This document shows, in pieces, positions 36,285 to 44,784 of a stretch of DNA of 64,000 nucleotides. The DNA is from Chthoniobacteraceae bacterium (GTDB lineage: Bacteria; Verrucomicrobiota; Verrucomicrobiia; Chthoniobacterales; Chthoniobacteraceae): the NCBI GenBank assembly GCA_037190965.1, contig JBBCKI010000063.1, positions 18,206 through 82,205 on the forward strand, in the 5' to 3' direction. Position 1 is the stretch's first letter. Every line of letters starts with the position of its first letter. The translations under genes were made by a program, and so were the position numbers. The notes under the pieces are model-generated. The model did no database searches. It worked only from the letters and a program-made list of their open reading frames with translations, and had not been told where the DNA came from.

Positions 36285-36320
36285 AAGAGGAATGATCGGT
36301 TCTTCGAACTACCGCGTTTT

Positions 36321-36965
36321 CTATCGTGTCTTTGAGGCCCGGCTTTTACTCTTGGGCGCGTCGGCCTTGGCGCGGAGCTTCAAGGAGGCTTGTTTGCCAA
36401 CTTCCTTCTCCTTGAGCTTCGCCTTTGGTCTCACCTTCGAACCCAATCGGGCACCCCCGGTCACCGCCGGGCTTTCCGAGATCGGCCTGCTCAACAGCCC
36501 CTCGATAAAAGGAATCTCCGGCTTGTTGCGGCGGATTTTCTTGAGCGTCATCGACACCGTGTCTTCCAGGGTGAAACGGTCGAGAATATTGGCGATGGCG
36601 TTGCGTACGTCGTTCATCAACATCCGCAGGCCGCAATGCTCCTCGTCGGGACAACTGCACCGCTCGTAGGCCGTATGACTCACGCAGGCAATCGGGGCCA
36701 GCGGACCATCGATGAGACGAATCACCTGGCCAAACTTGATCTTGGGGGCGGGCATCAAGAGGAAATAACCGCCCAGCTTCCCGCGTTTGCTATCAATATA
36801 GCAGGCCTCCTTGAGCTGGGTCAGGATCTGCTCCAGAAACTTGATGGGGAGATTCTCTTTTTCGGCGAGTTCTCCGATCTGGACAAGAGGCCGCCCCAGT
36901 TCATGCGCGATCCCGATATTGATCAACGCGCGGAGTGCATATTCGCCTCGTTTGGAAACTTTCAT
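36321..36965 (-). CDS. Rrf2-family transcriptional regulator (4-Cys type) with a Lys-rich tail
   Basis: It has MKVSKRGEYALRAL, KFLEQIL, SKRGKLGGY and APIACVS..YERCSCPDEEHC. The start was set at 36965. Confidence 0.9.
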   Translation of the reverse strand: MKVSKRGEYALRALINIGIAHELGRPLVQIGELAEKENLPIKFLEQILTQLKEACYIDSKRGKLGGYFLLMPAPKIKFGQVIRLIDGPLAPIACVSHTAYERCSCPDEEHCGLRMLMNDVRNAIANILDRFTLEDTVSMTLKKIRRNKPEIPFIEGLLSRPISESPAVTGGARLGSKVRPKAKLKEKEVGKQASLKLRAKADAPKSKSRASKTR

Positions 36966-37226
36966 GGGAAGAGAGGCAAACCTATGGACGCGGCCCTCTC
37001 GAAGCAACCCCTTTTCGCTCCAAAACGGTTCCCTCGCCCAGAGGCGGCCTAGAGAGTTGGAATCAGGGACAAGATACAACATCTTGTGGTTTCCGCCCTG
37101 GCGCGGCGGCTAGATTGTGCTTGCGAGCAGTTCCCCCCTCCTCTACCGTGCCGATTCAGCGCTCCCTGAGGCGATTTGCCCCGACGGTTGCGCCGCCGTT
37201 CGTTTTAACCCACCTTTTCCCAGCCT

Positions 37227-40200
37227 ATGTACCTCCAGTCGCTCGAAATCTTCGGCTTCAAGTCGTTCGCTGCAAAGACGGTTCTCCAGTTTCACCGGGG
37301 AGTCACCGTCATTGTCGGGCCCAACGGTTGCGGGAAGTCGAACGTGCTCGACGCGATCCGGTGGGTTCTGGGGGAACAATCCGCCAAGGCGCTCCGGGGC
37401 GGCGAAATGGCGGACGTCATTTTCTCCGGCACTGATTCCCGCTCCGCCCTCGGCATGGCGGAAGTCTCCATGACGTTCGCGGACTGCGAGAAAGACCTCG
37501 GCGTGGCATGGAACGAGGTGACCATCACCCGCCGTGTTTTCCGCGACGGCCAGGGCGAGTACCTGCTCAACAAGACCCCCTGCCGGTTGCGCGACATCAA
37601 CCAGCTCTTCATGGACACCGGCGTGGGCCGGAGCGCCTACTCGATCATGGAGCAGGGCAAGATTGACCAGATTCTTTCCTCCCGCCCGGAGGATCGCCGC
37701 GCGATCTTCGAGGAAGCCGCAGGAATCACAAAATTCAAGGCGCAGCGCAAGGAGGCTCTTCGCAAGCTGGAAGCCACCGAAGCCAATCTGCTCCGGTTGA
37801 CGGACGTCATCCGCGAGGTGAAACGCCAAATCGGGTCCCTCCAGCGGCAGGCCGCCAAGGCACGCCGTTACAAGGGCCTTCTCCATGACGTCCGTGTGCT
37901 GGAGACACACAACGCCAAGCGCCTTTACGACGAACTCGACGCCCAGCGCAACACCGCCGCCGACGCGATGGCGCGGCTCTCCAGCGACCAGGGGCTGCGC
38001 GAACGCGATCTGCAAGAACAGGAGCGTACCGTGGGCGAGCAGCGGATGGAGTTGGAGATCATGGAGGAGAAGCTCACCGAGGCGCGCCAGGCGGTGAACG
38101 AACTCAAAAACCGGATCACCCAGGGCGAGAGCCGCATCGGCTTCAACGGAGAACGGGTGGCGGAATTTGCCGGGCTGGTGGAGCGGTACGAGCGCGACAT
38201 CGCCGGGGCCGAGGAGAAACTGGAGTTCCAGCAGACGCAGATCGAAAACGCAGATGTCGAGTTGGAGACCATCCAGCAGAGCCTCGCCAGCGAAGAAGCG
38301 TTGCTTGGCGAACGGCAGGCTTCCGCAGGAAACCTCGTCGCCGAGCGCGCCGAGACGGAACGGCGTTACCAGGGCATTTTTTCCCAGATCACCGGGATCG
38401 AGGGGCGTCTCTCCTCGCTCCGCAGCGAGATTGCCGCCAGCGTCAACACCCGCGACGGCGCGCATGCGAGAATGGCCATCCTCGCCGAGGAAATCGAAAA
38501 ATTCAACGGGGCCGCCGACGCGCTGGAGGCGAAAAACCTCGAACTGACCGCGCAGGTGGAACAAACCACCGGGCAACTCGAAGCGCGCAAGTGCGAGGTC
38601 GGCGAAGCCGAAGTCCTCGCGCGCAACACCCAGGCGGAACTCTCCGAGATCGACAAAACCGTTCACACCGAGGGCCGCCGTTTACAGGAACGCGAGTCAA
38701 AGCTCGACGTGCTTCGCCAACTGAACGCGGACGGCGAAGGCTTTTCGCAGGGAACACAGGCCGTCCTGAAGGGACTCGACGATCCGTCGTTCTACAAACC
38801 GGCGGTGATGGGTGCGCTGGCGCAGTTCATCGAGGTCGGCTCGGCTTTCATTACGCCCATCGAAGCCGCGCTGGGGCAGAACCTTCAGGCGATCGTCATG
38901 AAGGACACAATGATCGCCGAGGCGGTGGTCAAAAATCTCGTGCAGAAGAAGCTCGGGCGTGCCTCCCTCGCCTTACGGCAGCTCTGGCCGGAGAACGCCT
39001 CCCCTGCCCCCGTTACCGCGCTCGACCTCCCGGTCGGCGCGCTCGGATGGGCGGCAGACAAGGTGAAAGCCCAACCCGAAGTCGAACCGCTCGTGAAGCG
39101 GCTCTTGGCCGGAACGGTGATTGTCGAAAATCTTGAAACGGCGGTGCGTCTCGCGGCATCCGGCGCATCCTGGCAATTCGTCACGCTGGCGGGCGAACTC
39201 CTCACCCGCGAAGGCATTGTTCAAGGCGGACAAAACAAAGACGGCGGCACCTCCGTGCTCCAGCGCAAGTCCCAGATCACGGAGTTGGAGACGGAATCCC
39301 AAAGCATCCGCGCCGCCCTGGCCGAACTCACCGAACGCCGCGGCGATACCGCGTCCCGGCTTGAGTCCGCACAGGCCCGGCTTCAGGAGGCCCGCGACGA
39401 TTCCCAGACGCTCAACCTGACGCTCACGCATCTGCGCGGGCAACTGACCACCGTCGAACGCGAAATCAAAGAGACCGGCAGGAAAGCCCTCGCGCTCACC
39501 GCCGAGCGGGAGGCCATCGAACGCCGTCACGACGAAGCCGCCGCCAAACTTGGGCAACTCGACGAAGAGGCGGAGGCCGCCGCAGCCCAAATTTCCGAAC
39601 TCCAGGCGCAGCAAGGCGAACTTAACGATTCGCTTGCGGCCCTGCGGGAGAGCGAATCGATGCTGACCGGCGAGCTCAACGAAATGCGCGTGCGGGTCGC
39701 CACGGAGAAGCAGCGTTTTTCCTCGCTCCAGAATCAACGCCAACCGATGCATGCGCGGCTCTCCGAGTTGCGCGAGATGATCGAGCAGCGCCGCCGCGAC
39801 ATTGAAGGATACAATCTCAAGAGCACGCAACTGGCGGAAGACTCCGAGAACGTCCGCGCGGGTGTCACGCAGGCGCAGGGGCGACTGGGCGAAGCCGAGG
39901 AACGCGTGCAAACCCTGCTGACCGAACGTTCACAATTGGCGGCGCAGGTGGAAACGCAGGAGAACCTCCTGCGACAAACCCGGCACGATCTTGGCAAGAC
40001 CCACGAGCAGCGCACGCAACTGGAAGTGCGCGGTTCGAAGCTGCAACTGCGGCTGGAGAATCTCTGCGAGCATGTGCAGCGCCGCTATCAGTTCGACATC
40101 AAAGAGTTCGAGCCCGACACCTACGCGCTGCTGACCACCATCCGGGAGCAGAAGAAACGGCTCAAGGGCGGCCCCGTGGAAGAGAACGATGCGCCCCCGC

Positions 40201-41177
40201 GCGTCTTCTCCTCGGAGACGGATGCGAACGCGGCACCCGAGGCCAAAGCCGATCCCGAAACCGATGCCGTCGAACCGGTCGCCAAGGAAGTTGTGGAAGC
40301 CGTCGATGAAGCACCCGTTCCCATCGACGAACCGGTGGACTGGGAGTTCGTCGAGCGGATCGTCAAGGAACTCGACCAGAAGCTCGAATCGATGGGTCCC
40401 GTCAACATCGACGCCATTCAGGAGTACGACGAACTCGAAGAACGCTACAAATTCCTGGAACAGCAGAACACCGACCTCAACAACTCCAAGGCAGAGTTGC
40501 TGGAGGTGATCGCGAAGATCAACACCACGACGAAGACTCTCTTCGCCGAGACGTTCGAAAAAGTCCGCGTCAACTTCCAGGAGATGTTCACGGAACTCTT
40601 CGGCGGCGGAAAGGCCAACCTCGTGCTCCTCGACGAGAGCGATCCTCTGGAGAGCGGCATCGAAATCATCGCCAAGCCTCCCGGCAAACAGTTGACCTCG
40701 ATCACGCTGCTTTCCGGCGGTGAAAAGACGATGACGGCGGTGGCCCTCCTTTTCTCGATCTACATGGTCAAGCCCTCGCCCTTCTGCGTGCTGGACGAGA
40801 TGGACGCTCCGCTGGACGAATCGAACATCAACCGCTTCATCAAGATCCTCGACCGGTTTTCCTCGCAGAGCCAGTTCGTCGTCATCTCCCACAACAAGCG
40901 CACCATCGCAAAGGCCGACATCATCTACGGTGTGACAATGGAAGAGCACGGCGTCTCGAAACTGGTCGGCGTGAAGTTCACCAAACGCGAGGATTCCCAG
41001 CAAGGATCCGACGTGATCGGCGCGGGCAATCCCGCCCCGATCCCCAGCGTCGCCGAGAGCTTCGGCAAGCATGGCGATCTCCACAGCGAGCGGCAGCAGG
41101 CGCAGGCCGCCCCCGCCCAAGAGAAAGAGTCACCGGCCTCCGAAACCGCCTCCGAAGAAACGGAAGAGACCGCGTGA
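37227..41177 (+). CDS. smc: Chromosome segregation protein SMC
   Basis: It has GFKSFA, Walker A GPNGCGKSN, long coiled coils with a hinge, LSGGE and Walker B/D-loop VLDEMDAPLD. Confidence 0.97.
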   Translation: MYLQSLEIFGFKSFAAKTVLQFHRGVTVIVGPNGCGKSNVLDAIRWVLGEQSAKALRGGEMADVIFSGTDSRSALGMAEVSMTFADCEKDLGVAWNEVTITRRVFRDGQGEYLLNKTPCRLRDINQLFMDTGVGRSAYSIMEQGKIDQILSSRPEDRRAIFEEAAGITKFKAQRKEALRKLEATEANLLRLTDVIREVKRQIGSLQRQAAKARRYKGLLHDVRVLETHNAKRLYDELDAQRNTAADAMARLSSDQGLRERDLQEQERTVGEQRMELEIMEEKLTEARQAVNELKNRITQGESRIGFNGERVAEFAGLVERYERDIAGAEEKLEFQQTQIENADVELETIQQSLASEEALLGERQASAGNLVAERAETERRYQGIFSQITGIEGRLSSLRSEIAASVNTRDGAHARMAILAEEIEKFNGAADALEAKNLELTAQVEQTTGQLEARKCEVGEAEVLARNTQAELSEIDKTVHTEGRRLQERESKLDVLRQLNADGEGFSQGTQAVLKGLDDPSFYKPAVMGALAQFIEVGSAFITPIEAALGQNLQAIVMKDTMIAEAVVKNLVQKKLGRASLALRQLWPENASPAPVTALDLPVGALGWAADKVKAQPEVEPLVKRLLAGTVIVENLETAVRLAASGASWQFVTLAGELLTREGIVQGGQNKDGGTSVLQRKSQITELETESQSIRAALAELTERRGDTASRLESAQARLQEARDDSQTLNLTLTHLRGQLTTVEREIKETGRKALALTAEREAIERRHDEAAAKLGQLDEEAEAAAAQISELQAQQGELNDSLAALRESESMLTGELNEMRVRVATEKQRFSSLQNQRQPMHARLSELREMIEQRRRDIEGYNLKSTQLAEDSENVRAGVTQAQGRLGEAEERVQTLLTERSQLAAQVETQENLLRQTRHDLGKTHEQRTQLEVRGSKLQLRLENLCEHVQRRYQFDIKEFEPDTYALLTTIREQKKRLKGGPVEENDAPPRVFSSETDANAAPEAKADPETDAVEPVAKEVVEAVDEAPVPIDEPVDWEFVERIVKELDQKLESMGPVNIDAIQEYDELEERYKFLEQQNTDLNNSKAELLEVIAKINTTTKTLFAETFEKVRVNFQEMFTELFGGGKANLVLLDESDPLESGIEIIAKPPGKQLTSITLLSGGEKTMTAVALLFSIYMVKPSPFCVLDEMDAPLDESNINRFIKILDRFSSQSQFVVISHNKRTIAKADIIYGVTMEEHGVSKLVGVKFTKREDSQQGSDVIGAGNPAPIPSVAESFGKHGDLHSERQQAQAAPAQEKESPASETASEETEETA

Positions 41178-41218
41178 CGTCGACGGAGGATTGCGACCTT
41201 TTCAGTGGAATCCAAGGC

Positions 41219-41323
41219 GGTGCGGCAACACCGGTAGCACGCTCGCGCCGTCGAGCGCGGGGTTCGGTTCCCGTGGCTTCATGAGGGCCGCATCCCAATC
41301 CCAGCAGCGCATCCTGCGGGGAT
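41219..41323 (+). repeat. Repeat family A copy 3, left part (interrupted)
   Basis: GGTGCGGCAACACC-GGTAGCACGCTCGCGCCGTCGAGCGCGGG...TCCTGCGGGGAT is present, then the similarity stops. Confidence 0.8.
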
Positions 41324-41334
41324 CCCCGTACAGA

Positions 41335-41503
41335 TAGAGCGTTTTAAGTAAAGATGTAGCCGTTGATTTTGCGAGCGCCGTGGGCTGGTGCGCGGTTTTT
41401 CAAGCGAAGTGGCTGTATTTTCAATACTGCCCGAGCTTGAAGGGCCGCGCAACGGCCCGCGCCGCCGCAAAGCAATGGCTACAGAATTAATTAAACCGCT
41501 CTA
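41335..41503 (+). mobile_element. Repeat family B MITE (169 bp, TA-flanked)
   Basis: The terminal inverted repeats are TAGAGCGTTTTAA / TTAAACCGCTCTA. It differs at only 2 positions from the inverted copy at 42727-42895. Confidence 0.88.
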
Positions 41504-41735
41504 AGCGGTATCAAAACAGTTGCCACCCCGTTCAAAAAAAGAAGTCGAAGAGATCGAAAGCGCAGGACTCGGAAATATCGCCTCCTATCAAACGCCGTCC
41601 CCAATACCAGTCGCGAAACCGGCTTGGCAAGATGGGGAACGGTTTGATGACTGGCCGGTTTCAAGGATCCGGTAGGGACATGCTGTAGGCGATACGGGAA
41701 CCCAGCCTACATTTTCAATCACTCTCAAGTAAGGA

Positions 41736-42659
41736 TCAACCCGGGCGTTTCCCAGTGGAAATTTCGGAATGGATCTTTAAAAAGCGCTCACGGATTTCCG
41801 CTACGGTTCCTATGGTGAAATAGGCATCGTAAGAATACCGCAACCCGGGAGTGAGCGCAAATGTGCGAATCGGGGCTACATAAGAACAGTTCACATCGCC
41901 CCCATTCTTGTCGCGAAATCGATAGCAGGTGGCCTCAATAACAGAGGGCACATAGGCACCAACACCGTGCCCCCTTTCATTAACATAAGCCACCCAATTC
42001 TCGGTCATTTTGATATACTCATTCGTCAGGCCGGGAGCGATATTTGTAACAGGGTTATTCATCCATGGAGTTTCCCCATCATAGGTCACCAGTGTATCCA
42101 GCGAAGCATCAAGAAAAATCGCCGGCAACTCCTGATGCCGGGGCTCATGAGTTTTAGTGCCGTTATACGTAAATACATACCGCACATGCATCACGTTTTC
42201 CTCAAACGAGATCCATTGCTCCATCAGGCACTCCGAAAGCTCCTCTCCGCTGGCCCAATGGAGCGGAATGGACCTTGCGTATAGCGAATCACCTTCCTTC
42301 GTGATTTCCGGTATGGGAGGGGATTTTCCTTAATAGTCACCTCCTTGCACGGGAGTATAGCGCCACTCCTTAGTCACCCATCTGCTCCCGTCAACGTCTC
42401 CATAGTACGACTGTTGAACCAGACGTCCACGATCATAGTGATTTAAGAGATTCTTGGTGGAGCCTGCCTTGGAAAAGTAGCCTATGCCTGCGCCCGAGTT
42501 CTTAAGGATCCCAACCTTAAGGTCAGAATTTCTTAAATAGATCCAATCGCTTGCGGCTCCTGAAACGCTATCGGCCACCCCTTTGCTCAAAGGAAATGCG
42601 ATCGCGAGAGACGTCAAAAGAAATCTGACGTTAGAGAAAAATATCAAACAGATCCTCAT
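41736..42659 (-). pseudogene. Secreted hypothetical protein gene interrupted by one in-frame TAA
   Basis: ORFs 42330-42659 and 41736-42224 are in the same frame. Reading through TAA (42330-42332) gives ...PVQGGDY*GKSPPIPEITKEGDSLYARSIPLHWASGEELSECLMEQW... The region is AT-richer than its flanks. Confidence 0.75.
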
Positions 42660-42726
42660 GAATAAATGAGCTATTTTACAGAATTTCGTTATCGATTTTC
42701 AACGGCTTTTCGCCGCCCAAGTGATT

Positions 42727-42895
42727 TAGAGCGGTTTAATTAATTCTGTAGCCATTGCTTTGCGGCGACGCGGGCCGTTGCGCGGCCCTTCAAGCTCGGG
42801 CAGTATTGAAAATACAGCCACTTCGCTTGAAAAACCGCGCACCAGCCCACGGCGCTCGCAAAATCAACGGCTACATCTTTACTCAAAACGCTCTA
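42727..42895 (-). mobile_element. Repeat family B MITE, inverted copy
   Basis: It is the reverse complement of 41335-41503 with 2 substitutions. Confidence 0.88.
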
Positions 42896-43055
42896 ATGTC
42901 CTGTCAGATTAATACTTTAAATAAGTCCGAGGTGATTTTTCGAATCTCCAAGGCGCGAGTAAGGGCGGTATCTGAAGATACCGACCGCACGAGCAACGCC
43001 GGAGATTCGGAAAAGCGCCCGGAATTATGACAAGGATTTGGCTGACAGGACACTA
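42894..43055. mobile_element. Family C MITE-like element with IS630-style ends
   Basis: The terminal inverted repeats are TAATGTCCTGTCAG / CTGACAGGACACTA, and internal inverted repeats include CGAATCTCC/GGAGATTCG and CGGTATCT/AGATACCG. It shares its TA with the adjacent B copy. Confidence 0.65.
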
Positions 43056-43056
43056 A

Positions 43057-43284
43057 GGACACGCTGATTTAATCGGAGCTAGGCAAAGGAGACCGAACGA
43101 GTCAGAATGAAGGAATGAACCGTCAGATGAGTTTTTCGGAGAGCGAATTTGCGAGCAGAAACGGGTGACAAAGAAGGAAGCGTTTCTGGCGGTGATGGAG
43201 GAAGTGGTTTCTTGGGAAGCGATTATAGGGCGGATTGAGCCATATTACCCCAAGGGAGAGCGAGGGCGTCCGCCGAAAGGACTG
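43057..43284 (+). pseudogene. IS5-family (IS5 subgroup) left end with a truncated, frameshifted transposase
   Basis: CTAA is followed by GGACACGCTGATTTAAT. From ATG 43115 it reads MNRQMSFSESEFAS, then after a frameshift KRVTKKEAFLAVMEEVVSWEAIIGRIEPYYPKGERGRPPKGL, a typical IS5 transposase N-terminus, before breaking off. Confidence 0.85.
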
Positions 43285-43287
43285 CGT

Positions 43288-43375
43288 ATCCCAATCCCAG
43301 CAGCCTGTCCTGCGGGGATGAGCGCCAAACGCGACTCTTCATCGATCCCGCGCTCGACGGCGCGAGCAGGCCACC
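43288..43375 (+). repeat. Repeat family A copy 3, right part
   Basis: The sequence ATCCCAATCCCAGCAGC..TCCTGCGGGGATGAGCGCCAAACGCG..CCCGCGCTCGACGGCGCGAGCAGGCCACC completes the element begun at 41219. Confidence 0.8.
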
Positions 43376-43455
43376 TGGCGCGCGCCTCCCCTTGAGAAAT
43401 GGCTTTGCCGTGCCTCATCTCCTCTCTAAGATTCCGCCGCGCGCTTACAATTTTT

Positions 43456-44046
43456 ATGAGTCTCCAGATCCCCGAAGGTGAATTCGACGGTTATGTTTTC
43501 GATTGCGACGGCACCCTTGCCGACACGATGCCGCTGCATTACCAGGCGTGGTGCGCCGCGTTGGCGGAGCACGAGTGCGATTTCCCCGAGGCATTTTTCT
43601 ATGAGCTCGGCGGCGTTCCGACGGAAAAGATCGTCGAGATCCTGAATGAACGCCACGGTTATCAGATGCCCGTGGAGGAAACCGCGCAATACAAAGAGAG
43701 CCTTTTCCTCCAGAAAATCCCGGAGATTCTCCCCATCGAACCGGTCGTGGCCCTCGTCCACGAACTCTACGGAAAAAAGCCGCTCGCCGTGGCGTCGGGC
43801 GGACACCGCGCCATCGTCATCAAGACGCTCACCGCGCTCGGCATTGCGGACAAATTCGAGACCATCGTTGGCGCGGAAGATTACAAAAACGGCAAACCGG
43901 CTCCCGATCCCTTTCTCGAAGCCGCGCGGAGGCTAGGCATCCCGCCGGAGAGATGTCTTGCCTTCGAAGACACGCAGGCGGGCGTCACTTCGGCGCAGGC
44001 TGCCGGAATGCAAACCGTTCTCGTCCCGCCTCCTCACCGGAAATAG
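43456..44046 (+). CDS. HAD-superfamily phosphatase (YqaB / beta-phosphoglucomutase-like)
   Basis: Motifs FDCDGTLADTM, VASGG, GKPAPD and FEDTQAG are present. Confidence 0.92.
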   Translation: MSLQIPEGEFDGYVFDCDGTLADTMPLHYQAWCAALAEHECDFPEAFFYELGGVPTEKIVEILNERHGYQMPVEETAQYKESLFLQKIPEILPIEPVVALVHELYGKKPLAVASGGHRAIVIKTLTALGIADKFETIVGAEDYKNGKPAPDPFLEAARRLGIPPERCLAFEDTQAGVTSAQAAGMQTVLVPPPHRK

Positions 44047-44082
44047 CGCTCATCAGCCAGGTCCGTCCCCGGGTACGACACG

Positions 44083-44784
44083 ATGATTTGCCTCCGATGG
44101 TTCAAGCACGGTGCCAATAACCGTCCCGGGCAAGGGCTCTTGGGATCCCCGCTATTGACAGGCGCGGCTTTCCTTTTGTGGCTGGCCGCAGTCACAGCCG
44201 GTATCGGAGCGTTGTGGCGTTATAGCGGCACGCCGGGAGAAAGCCGGTACGCCCTGACACAATGGCCGGATGGGAGCAGGCTCGAACTTTCCACGCAAAA
44301 GCCGACTTTAATTATGTTCCTGCATCCCCACTGCCCTTGTTCACGGGCCACCATCGGGGAGCTTGCTGTTTTGCTCGGCCGAAACGGGGGCGACTTCGCA
44401 ACGCAAATCGTCTTCCTTCAACCGGAAGACAAACCCGCGACATGGAGTAACACGCCGCTTTGGCGTGCGGCCTCTTCCTTGCCGCGGGTGGCGACCATTG
44501 AAGACGAGGGCGGCAGGGAGGGCCGCCTCTTCCAGGCGGAGACCTCGGGGGAGACATTCTTGTTTGAACCGGGAGGGAAGTTGGTTTTCCACGGCGGCAT
44601 GACCGTGGCTCGCGGACATTCCGGCGACAACGACGGCCTTCGCGCGCTGGTCGCGATCCGGGAGCACAAAGCGCTCACAGCGTCACCGACTTCTTCGACT
44701 CCGGTTACATCCACTCCGGTCTTTGGCTGTCCGTTAAACGGACAATGCTCGCTGTCAGAACCCAATCCATCGTCCCCCCCATGA
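44083..44784 (+). CDS. RedB-like membrane-anchored thioredoxin-fold protein
   Basis: It has a TM helix, PTLIMFLHPHCPCSRAT, ETSG, FHGGMTVARGHSGDN and C-terminal PVFGCPL. Confidence 0.72.
   Translation: MICLRWFKHGANNRPGQGLLGSPLLTGAAFLLWLAAVTAGIGALWRYSGTPGESRYALTQWPDGSRLELSTQKPTLIMFLHPHCPCSRATIGELAVLLGRNGGDFATQIVFLQPEDKPATWSNTPLWRAASSLPRVATIEDEGGREGRLFQAETSGETFLFEPGGKLVFHGGMTVARGHSGDNDGLRALVAIREHKALTASPTSSTPVTSTPVFGCPLNGQCSLSEPNPSSPP

Noticed and set aside
37143..41120. Minus-strand ORFs of 312-507 aa within smc
   Set aside because: They are antisense shadows of smc.
41610..41712. Short inverted repeats (AAACCGGC/GCCGGTTT, TGTAGGC/GCCTACA) inside the composite element
   Set aside because: They are too short and single-copy to support a defined element or ncRNA.
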